From Candidatus Iainarchaeum sp. (GTDB lineage Archaea; Iainarchaeota; Iainarchaeia; Iainarchaeales; UBA10219): a DNA stretch of 64,000 bases. The notes below the pieces were generated by a model. That model did no database searches and was not told the origin of the DNA. It saw only the letters and a program-made list of their open reading frames with translations. This document shows, piece after piece, positions 56,083-64,000 of this stretch (within the stretch, counting starts at the first letter, position 1; each line of letters begins with the position of its first letter). Position numbers and translations under genes: made by a program. Location of the stretch: the NCBI GenBank assembly GCA_018304425.1, contig JAGVWE010000007.1:25804-89803 (forward strand), read 5' to 3'.

Positions 56083-57350
56083 TTCAATGCCTGCCTGATT
56101 TTGCTGATTGTGGGCGCAATGATCAATGGTTTATTCGCGTACTTGCTTGGCGCGGGTATTCCCTTTGAGTGATAATCCAGCGTGGCTTGCGGGTCTTTCA
56201 AGAGGTTTCCCGTGAGAATGCCCACCACGCTTTCGTCTTTTTTGATTACGCCCTTTTTGACCAATTTCCGGATGCCGGCAACGGTGCACGCGGAAGCGGG
56301 CTCGCATCCGATGCCGCAACCGTCCACGACTGCTTTGGCGTCCATGATTTCCGTTTCCCCGACCTGTTCAACCACGCCTTTCGTGAACTGAATGGTTTTC
56401 ACGGCCTTGGCGTAATTGATGGGGCTTCCAATCCGGATGGCGGTTGCAAGGGTTTCCGGCGCAAGCACCGTTATTTTTTCCTTGAAATCCGTCAAATAGC
56501 TTTGATAAAAGGGGTTGCTGCCCGCCGCCTGAATGACCGCCACCCGGGGAACCCGGTGGATGAGTTTGGATTCCTTTAATTCCGCCAAGGCTTTGCCGAA
56601 GGCCGCCGTATTCCCAAGGTTTCCGCCGGGCACCACAATCCAGTCGGGTGCCTGCCAGCCCCGTTGCTGCAACAACTCGAACACGATGGTTTTTTGTCCC
56701 TCCAAGCGGAACGGGTTCAATGAGTTTAATGGATAGAAACCCAGTTTTGGTGCCAGCTCCTTCACGATGCGCATGGCATCGTCAAAATTTCCATTGATTT
56801 GAATGGTTTTTGCGCCATAGGCAAGCGACTGACTCAGTTTCCCCAAAGCGATTTCGCCCTTTGGAATGAATACGACCGCTTTGAGGCCGCCTAGGGCGGC
56901 GTAAGCCGCCATCGATGCCGCCGTGTTTCCCGTCGAAGCGCAGACCACCGTTTTCGCGTTGAAGAATATTGCCATGCTCGTTCCAACCGTCATGCCCCGG
57001 TCCTTGAAGGAACCGGTCGGGTTTTCGCCCTCGTGCTTGGCCCACACTTTTTCGATTCCACAGTAGTGTGATAATCTTCTGTGGCGGTACTGGCGCGTGT
57101 TTCCCTCTGCTCGGCTAACAACGCATTCAGTTGGCAGGGGCGGTAAGAGTTCCTTAAACCGCCAAACCCCGCTTGAGCGGCCTTGTGCTTCGGCAAGGCG
57201 CTCGTCAAATAATTGCCTGGACAAGCGCTGCCGGTTCTTTTGCGGGCTCAACGAAACCTCCAATAAGCCCCCACAATCGCACACCCATCGGGTTCTCGTG
57301 CTTGCATGGGACTTCCCGCATTCGATGCAAACAAGCCGGATTCCCTTCAT
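56079..57350 (-). CDS. thrC: Threonine synthase
   Basis: NPTGSFKDRG, ASTGNT, PGGNLGN, CEPASA. Confidence 0.95.
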   Translation of the reverse strand: MKGIRLVCIECGKSHASTRTRWVCDCGGLLEVSLSPQKNRQRLSRQLFDERLAEAQGRSSGVWRFKELLPPLPTECVVSRAEGNTRQYRHRRLSHYCGIEKVWAKHEGENPTGSFKDRGMTVGTSMAIFFNAKTVVCASTGNTAASMAAYAALGGLKAVVFIPKGEIALGKLSQSLAYGAKTIQINGNFDDAMRIVKELAPKLGFYPLNSLNPFRLEGQKTIVFELLQQRGWQAPDWIVVPGGNLGNTAAFGKALAELKESKLIHRVPRVAVIQAAGSNPFYQSYLTDFKEKITVLAPETLATAIRIGSPINYAKAVKTIQFTKGVVEQVGETEIMDAKAVVDGCGIGCEPASACTVAGIRKLVKKGVIKKDESVVGILTGNLLKDPQATLDYHSKGIPAPSKYANKPLIIAPTISKIRQALK

Positions 57351-57405
57351 TGTCACGCCAGCATCGCCATATAGACTAGCGGTATTACCGTTTAAGTTCG
57401 TTTGG
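57351..57405 (-). repeat. Degenerate copy of the C/D sRNA promoter and 5' end
   Basis: AACTTAAACGGTA is identical to 55124-55136; GGCGATGCTGGCGTGACA vs GGCGATGATGACGTTAACA. Confidence 0.65.
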
Positions 57406-57425
57406 GTGGGGTGAGACTTATCGCT

Positions 57426-57593
57426 TCATTTCAGTATCTTGTAGTCCCCGTCGTTCCCGATAATCCGCGTGTAGTGTTCGGTCTGGTCGACCGCGATTTT
57501 GCCGCATTTGCAGGGGCTGAAGGTGCCGCGCAAATCCCCTTCGATGACCTGCTTGCAGTGCGTGCACTTGAGTTTCGTCTTTTTGGGGTTCAT
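57426..57593 (-). CDS. 55-aa zinc-ribbon protein (below the ORF-track cutoff)
   Basis: MNPKKTKLKCTHCKQVIE...CKCGKIAVD. Confidence 0.75.
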   Translation of the reverse strand: MNPKKTKLKCTHCKQVIEGDLRGTFSPCKCGKIAVDQTEHYTRIIGNDGDYKILK

Positions 57594-57607
57594 GTTGCCA
57601 CGCTCCG

Positions 57608-58543
57608 TTACTCGTTTTCCAACGCATGCAGGTATTGTTTCTTGAACCGCCTCACGAGGCGGACGGCCAATGCCCGTGCATTATTGTTGTAATGGCATTT
57701 CTCTAGGGCGTTGAAGTATTGCTGTTTTTCCTTGGTTTTGATGTCTATCATGGCGTAGCCGTGCTTATTGAGGACGAAGTTCATGACGATGCGGGCGGTC
57801 CGGCCGTTGCCGTCCTGAAACGGGTGGATGCGCACGAGTTTCCAATGAGCCCAGGCCGCCAATTCCAGCGGGCACAACTCTTTTTTCAGCTTCTGGTACT
57901 CTTGAAAATAGTTCTTCATGTCGGGAAGGACGTATTGCGGTGGCGTGAGCTCGAACCGGGAACCGCTCACCCTGTTTTGGTGCGTCTTGTATTGGCCGGC
58001 GATTTTCGGCTTGGTGTCCTTGAAGTACATTTTGTGGATTTTCAGCGCGAGGTCCTCGTCCAGGTCACCTGGATGTTCCTTCACGAATTGAAGCGTTCTT
58101 TGCGCGGCCTTCGCTTCCAGCACGTCGTCCAGAGGCTTGTTCGGGGAGATGTTCTCGCTCAGGAGCAGTTCGACTTCTTTGGGGCTCAAGGTCGAGCCTT
58201 CGATGGAGTTGGTGTTGTAAACGAAGGCCATCACGAAGTTCTGGTCGAACTGTTCTCGCACCGAGGGGGTTTGCTTATGGTATCGGCCCCAGAATTCCTT
58301 GTTTATCCGGTCGGCTTCCGTGATTTCATCCGGCGTCAGGTAGTGCCGGCCTTGGGATTTTGTTTGTTCTGTTTCGACTTCTTCCTCGAATTGGGCCATG
58401 AGTGTCTGGAGTCGGGTTTCGGATGGCTTTTCCGTGCCCACGTATTTCCTGACCTGTTTCCTCCGTCCGGCGGCTAACCGGATGTTTTCCGCCAGGTAGT
58501 AGTATACCTTGCCGCCTTTCCGCAGTTTCGTCAGATAGGCCAT
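57608..58543 (-). CDS. Fic family protein
   Basis: HPFQDGNGRTAR; SIEGS inhibitory-type motif. Confidence 0.93.
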   Translation of the reverse strand: MAYLTKLRKGGKVYYYLAENIRLAAGRRKQVRKYVGTEKPSETRLQTLMAQFEEEVETEQTKSQGRHYLTPDEITEADRINKEFWGRYHKQTPSVREQFDQNFVMAFVYNTNSIEGSTLSPKEVELLLSENISPNKPLDDVLEAKAAQRTLQFVKEHPGDLDEDLALKIHKMYFKDTKPKIAGQYKTHQNRVSGSRFELTPPQYVLPDMKNYFQEYQKLKKELCPLELAAWAHWKLVRIHPFQDGNGRTARIVMNFVLNKHGYAMIDIKTKEKQQYFNALEKCHYNNNARALAVRLVRRFKKQYLHALENE

Positions 58544-58549
58544 ATCATG

Positions 58550-58604
58550 GTATTACTCACAAATGTTTAAAAATGGGTGAGTAATACATAGAAATGAGTA
58601 ATAC
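58550..58604. promoter_or_regulatory. Operator-like repeats around the Fic TATA box
   Basis: GTATTACTCA inverted relative to two direct copies of TGAGTAATAC. Confidence 0.65.
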
Positions 58605-58620
58605 AAGGGATGACGCCGTT

Positions 58621-58642
58621 AGGTGTTAACATCATCATCGCC
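58621..58642 (-). repeat. Copy of the C/D sRNA 5' end (box C plus most of guide 1)
   Basis: 21/22 identical to 55084-55105. Confidence 0.85.
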
Positions 58643-58685
58643 TTCTATTACTTACGGCGATACTATTTTATTGGATGGCCCTCGA

Positions 58686-58742
58686 TTAACGGCCTTTCTG
58701 GCCCTGGATAAGGCGGAGGATGACGTCCTCGTAGGTTTCGCC
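58686..58742 (-). pseudogene. C-terminal remnant of an RHH antitoxin
   Basis: GETYEDVILRLIQGQKGR-stop, beginning right after the Fic stop. Confidence 0.55.
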
Positions 58743-59711
58743 TTACATCAGCCGCCTGTTTTTGACTTGCTCAATGAAAGTTTTGTGGCAGAATTTTACA
58801 AAAAACTTTTCCCGCCCTGTTTCAACCGATTTTATCAGTGCTTCAAAATATTTTGAGGTTTCCTTTGAAATATTGAGCAATGGATAATCATTGTCTTGCA
58901 ACACTTTATTGAATAATAGCCTGCACATGCGCTTGTTCCCGTCCTTAAAAGGGTGAATCAGGTAAATCTTCAAGTGAACCAATGCAGCAAGCTCCAGGGG
59001 GTGAATGTTTTGGTTTTGTTCAAGCCATTCAAAAAAACCTTTAAATAATTCCTTGACTTTTTCAGGTGGCGGAGGCCGGTAATTTATTTCTTCGCTTTTG
59101 AGGGTCAAAGGATTATACTTTGCAATGATTCTTTGGTCGTCCCTCAACTGCCCCGGCGTTTTGTCCTCAAAATAAGACATCACTATGCCATGCAGCCTCA
59201 AGGCATCTCTTTCACCGAACTTTATTTTTGGCAAAAAATTGAAGCCGGTAATCATGGAACTTGAAATTATCACCTTGCTATTTAGAATCGGTTCAGCTCT
59301 TTTGTCTCTTATGATTTGAAAAGCGGTTTCAACATCAGAAAATCCAACGTCAACCCCTTCGGTCCGGAGCGTTGTGTAAACAAAATCAATTGCCTGCTTT
59401 TTGTAAAACGATTCTTTCCTGTTTTTGCTTAATTTGTTAAATCTTTCAAAAAAGTTGTCTTTAATGCGTTCAACTTCTGCGAGCTCTTTTCCGGTCAAGA
59501 TAGAAGATTTGTATTTGTCAAGCCTTTTTTTATAAAACCTTTCAAGGGCTTTTTCCTCAAGCTCTTTTTCCTTGATTTTCAACCCTTTTTTTGAAGGCTT
59601 TTCTTTGCCCAAATATAAAGACAGTTTTATTACTTTCCTGCCAAACCTGACGGGCTTTTCCAAATAATAATACTCCTTGCCTTTAACCGTTCTTTTTATC
59701 AGCCCAGCCAT
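58743..59711 (-). CDS. Fic/Doc family protein (very low GC)
   Basis: HPFKDGNKRMCR. Confidence 0.92.
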   Translation of the reverse strand: MAGLIKRTVKGKEYYYLEKPVRFGRKVIKLSLYLGKEKPSKKGLKIKEKELEEKALERFYKKRLDKYKSSILTGKELAEVERIKDNFFERFNKLSKNRKESFYKKQAIDFVYTTLRTEGVDVGFSDVETAFQIIRDKRAEPILNSKVIISSSMITGFNFLPKIKFGERDALRLHGIVMSYFEDKTPGQLRDDQRIIAKYNPLTLKSEEINYRPPPPEKVKELFKGFFEWLEQNQNIHPLELAALVHLKIYLIHPFKDGNKRMCRLLFNKVLQDNDYPLLNISKETSKYFEALIKSVETGREKFFVKFCHKTFIEQVKNRRLM

Positions 59712-59714
59712 AGA

Positions 59715-59756
59715 AAGTTATACCTACAATAGGATTATAAATGTAGTTATAACTTT
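59715..59756. promoter_or_regulatory. 15-bp inverted repeat bracketing the TATA box; putative operator
   Basis: AAAGTTATACCTACA ... TGTAGTTATAACTTT (1 mismatch). Confidence 0.65.
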
Positions 59757-59832
59757 TATCGCTGCAAGTTTGAAATCAATGTAGTGACAACTTGTAAAAT
59801 CCAAACTATGGGAGAACGGCCTTTCCGCAACG

Positions 59833-59856
59833 ACGTCATCATCGCCGTCTGATGTG
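59833..59856 (-). repeat. Copy of the C/D sRNA leader and box C
   Basis: 24 bp identical to 55092-55115; ATATAAA box upstream. Confidence 0.88.
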
Positions 59857-59918
59857 TGCATAGAAACCTTTATATTGGAGAAAGTGCCTAGATATGAGAA
59901 ATATCCTAACGTGATTTC

Positions 59919-60674
59919 ATGAAGCAGTGGGTGGCAGTCGGGCTATTGGTGCTGGTTGTGGTCTTTTCCGGTTGCTTGGATGTGGACAAAGCCCTTAAGA
60001 TCATCAGCGGCGTGAGCGACACGGACGTCAAGCGGATTTCGAGCGCCGTCATCACCTGCGACGCGCCCTACATAAAGTTCGGCGCCAGCTGCTGCCTGGA
60101 CAAGAACGCTAACAAGATTTGCGACGTGGACGAAGGCGCTTCTCCCCCTCCTGTCGCCGAGCCTGCACCCGAACCAGAACCCACGCCCGAACCGGAGCCA
60201 GTCGTGCAGTTCTGTGTGGAACACTTCACCAAAATAGCCGCCAATGCGATGGCCCTGTGCGGCGGCGGCTCCATGGGCAGCGACCCCATCACGGACGCCT
60301 ACGGTTGCCGCGGCGACGCGGGTTACCCGCCCGCCAGCGGCTGCGCGCCGGGAACCACCATGAACAACCTCTACCCGTACGTGGATGGCAGCACGCCGAG
60401 TTATCGTTGCTATGTTTCCCAGCAAATCGGTGCCAGTGCGGCCCCGGCCGGCTGCCCCATCAGCCAAGCCAACACCACCTGCGCGCCCGGCTTCGTGTTT
60501 GACGCTGCGGGTAGCAACCTGACCTGGGGCGGCGGAGGCAGCAGCTGGGGTTGCAACTACACGTGCAAGGAAAGCCCGAACCCCTATGTTTCTAACCCCG
60601 ACTGGCCGTGCGCGAAGCTTGGCTACAAGCCCATCGGCGGGGGCGGCGGCGACACCTGCTGCGCGAAATGGTGA
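59919..60674 (+). CDS. Cys-rich lipoprotein with Pro/Glu linker
   Basis: FSGC lipobox; CCLDKNANKICD; PEPEPTPEPEP. Confidence 0.85.
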   Translation: MKQWVAVGLLVLVVVFSGCLDVDKALKIISGVSDTDVKRISSAVITCDAPYIKFGASCCLDKNANKICDVDEGASPPPVAEPAPEPEPTPEPEPVVQFCVEHFTKIAANAMALCGGGSMGSDPITDAYGCRGDAGYPPASGCAPGTTMNNLYPYVDGSTPSYRCYVSQQIGASAAPAGCPISQANTTCAPGFVFDAAGSNLTWGGGGSSWGCNYTCKESPNPYVSNPDWPCAKLGYKPIGGGGGDTCCAKW

Positions 60675-60699
60675 AAGCTTTTTTGCTTTTTCAAAGGCT

Positions 60700-60985
60700 T
60701 TAGCGCCTTCCCATCTTCTTCAGCAGCTTGACCGCGTCGTCATAGGTTTTCACCTTGACAATATTCTTTAGCCCCAGCCGTTCTTTCGTCACGCGGAGGA
60801 TGGTGCTGTTTTCTTTCACGGCAAGGACGGGGATGCCCAGCTTTTCGCAGGCCAGCATGGGAATTCCTCCCAAGGCATTGTAAGGGCACACCAAGGCAGC
60901 GACATCTTTCGCCAGTAAATCGCTTCTCTTCGCCTTTTTCACGGGCACTGGCTTCGGTGCCTTGTCAAGGCCTTGCAGCTCGTGA
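60700..60985 (-). pseudogene. C-terminal fragment of a DUF3326-like protein
   Basis: GLDKAP...NALGGIPMLA...LAVKENST; upstream part of the ORF looks unrelated; family recalled from memory. Confidence 0.5.
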
Positions 60986-61418
60986 CCGTGAGCGGGGCCA
61001 GCGTGTACGTGACCAAGTGCGGTACCTGTGGAGTAGAGAACTCCACGATGGAGTGTGCGCTGGGCGAAGCTAGGGGGTTCATGTGCCTGCTTTTTGGTGT
61101 GGCTGCCGCGCTTTCGGCTCACGCCTTTTTGGTTCGGGGAAAGCCGTTTTCGTCGACGTAGAAGACGTGCTTGGGATTCTGCGTGCGCGCCTGGTCTTGC
61201 CCGGACGGGGCGAGCTTCACGGTAATCATGCTCTCCGAATAGCACTTGGGGCAGAAATAGTCATGTTTTCATCTCCTTCACGGAATGGTTTTTCGCCATC
61301 CCATCCAAGTAGAAGCTGTCAGCCTTGCGGCGGTTTGGCAACTCGCCTGGCGGGCTTCATCGCCACGCAGTTAAGGCTTGAACTTCTTATTATAGGTAAC
61401 GGGATTGCAATGCCAACC

Positions 61419-63008
61419 TTAGCCAGGTTTCTTCATCTCCAATTCATTGATTGTCCCGTCGCGCACCACGAGCACGCGTTGGGCGATTTTGTGGATGAAG
61501 TAGCGGTCGTGGGAAACCGCGAAGATGGCGCCGTCGTAGTTGAGGAACGCGTTTTCGATGATTTCGCGGGCGTCGATGTCCAAATGATTTGTTGGCTCGT
61601 CGAGCAGCAGCAGATTCGGTTTCTCGATGAGGACTTTCAACAGGTTCAGCCGCGACTTCTCCCCCATGGACAGCTGGGAAATCGGCTTGAACACTTCCGC
61701 GTCTTCGACGAACCCCATCATGGACAGGTTTTGCCTTGTCTTGCCCAAGTCCTTGAGCAAGGCGTATATCTCGTCGTAGAGGGTGGCGTGGGTGCTCAGG
61801 TCCTTGAGTTCCTGGTCGGCGTAGCCGAGCTTTCCCTCCTGGTCTAGGATGACTTCTCCGGAGAGCGCCGGAACCCGTCCTTCGATGGTCTTGAACAGGG
61901 TGGACTTGCCCATTCCGTTCTCCCCGATTAAAATAATGCGTTGGTCTGCTCCCACGTTGAGGTTGATGTGGGAAATCAACGGCTTGTCATAACCCACCGT
62001 CAAGTCCTTCAATTCCAGGACCACGGGGCCGTGGATGGGCGAAGCCTCGAAGCGGGTCTTGAACTGTGACTGGTCCAGGTCGGGTTTTTCGACGACTTCG
62101 CGCTTTTCCAGCAGCCTTTCCCGGTACTGGCCTTGCTTGACCTTGGCGGGGCTCTTGCCGATGCGCGCAATCTTGTCCCTTTGCATGGCGAGGTACTTGT
62201 TCTCAAGGCGGTAAGCCGTCTTCTGGGCTTCGAAGGCGGCTTCCCGGGTCTTCACGTAGTCCGAGTAATTGCCCCGGTACTTGGTCCACTTTCCTTTCTC
62301 TATCTTCAAAATCGTGTCGCACACGCGGTCCAGGAAATACCGGTCATGCGTGACCATGAGCACCGTGCCCTTGAAGGCGCGCAAATAGTTTTCCAGGATT
62401 TCGAGGCGCTTGAAGTCCAAGTGGTTGGTGGGTTCGTCCAACAACAGGAAATCTGCGCCCGAGGAAAGGATTTGCGCGAGGGCGATGATGGCGCGCTGGC
62501 CGGTGGAAAGCGAGCCAATGGACTTCTCGAGCCACGATTCCTGCACTTCCAGCGTGCGCAGCACCGACTTGATTTTGCTGGTGGAGCGCGGTTTTTCCGG
62601 TTCGCCCAGCTTGGCCTGCAGTTCCACGTACCGGTCGGTGAGCTTGCTCAATCGGGCGGCGTTGCCCGGCTGGTGGTTGGCCGGGTCGGCCAATTGCAGC
62701 TCGATGGCCTTCAGCTCCTCCTCGAAATCCCCCTGGTGGTGGATGGGGGCGCTCTCCCCAAGGGTCTGCTGCACCGTCTTGTCCGGGTCGAGGTCGATGT
62801 GCTGGGAAAAGTAAGCGGCTTTGCCGTTGAACTCAATGGAGCCCAGGTAATCCACTTGGCCCAAAATCGCCTGGAGGAACGTGGTCTTCCCCACCCCGTT
62901 CCGCCCAATCAGCCCCACCTTGGAACCGTCCACGATGCCCACGCTCTCGTCCAGCAAGAGCTCGTGTTTGCCGATGGAGATGGTGAGGTGCTTGATGGAC
63001 AGGGCCAT
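61419..63008 (-). CDS. ABC-F family ATPase
   Basis: Two ABC cassettes (GRNGVGKT, GENGMGKS, LDEPTNHLD x2); no TM. Confidence 0.94.
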   Translation of the reverse strand: MALSIKHLTISIGKHELLLDESVGIVDGSKVGLIGRNGVGKTTFLQAILGQVDYLGSIEFNGKAAYFSQHIDLDPDKTVQQTLGESAPIHHQGDFEEELKAIELQLADPANHQPGNAARLSKLTDRYVELQAKLGEPEKPRSTSKIKSVLRTLEVQESWLEKSIGSLSTGQRAIIALAQILSSGADFLLLDEPTNHLDFKRLEILENYLRAFKGTVLMVTHDRYFLDRVCDTILKIEKGKWTKYRGNYSDYVKTREAAFEAQKTAYRLENKYLAMQRDKIARIGKSPAKVKQGQYRERLLEKREVVEKPDLDQSQFKTRFEASPIHGPVVLELKDLTVGYDKPLISHINLNVGADQRIILIGENGMGKSTLFKTIEGRVPALSGEVILDQEGKLGYADQELKDLSTHATLYDEIYALLKDLGKTRQNLSMMGFVEDAEVFKPISQLSMGEKSRLNLLKVLIEKPNLLLLDEPTNHLDIDAREIIENAFLNYDGAIFAVSHDRYFIHKIAQRVLVVRDGTINELEMKKPG

Positions 63009-63040
63009 ATGCAATCCCTTGGGTTAGATGGCAGCCAGGC

Positions 63041-64000
<960 letters not shown>

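Noticed and set aside
60986-61360. Short ORF fragments (DYFCPKC; KCGTCG)
   Set aside because: No consistent start or frame; probably decayed sequence and cannot be assigned.

Overview
GC-rich archaeal chromosome segment. gatD/gatE, Dph6, ZPR1, an ATP-dependent ligase, BHB tRNA introns and TATA promoters mark it as archaeal; a DPANN lineage, possibly Iainarchaeota/Diapherotrites, is an inference. Housekeeping genes alternate with accessory blocks: about 8 toxin-antitoxin modules, 3 AAA+ ATPases, 2 Fic genes, proC-proA-proB, thrC-thrB and a 1270-aa PEF-CTERM-type surface protein. RNA genes: tRNA-Ile, intron-containing tRNA-Gln, an atypical tRNA-Asn, three tRNA-Pro plus a remnant, and one strong and one candidate C/D box sRNA. 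The main unexplained signal is a recurring architecture with no recognisable integrase or transposase. At five or six unrelated loci, 1-2-gene cargo cassettes are separated by diverged direct copies of the end of an anchor gene. The anchors are the sorting-signal tail of the surface protein (5 copies), tRNA-Pro (3), the 5' end of a C/D sRNA (4), and the tails of hemK and a small zinc-binding gene (2 each). This resembles integron-like serial cassette capture that uses gene ends as recombination anchors. All calls were read by eye; no database search or folding program was run.
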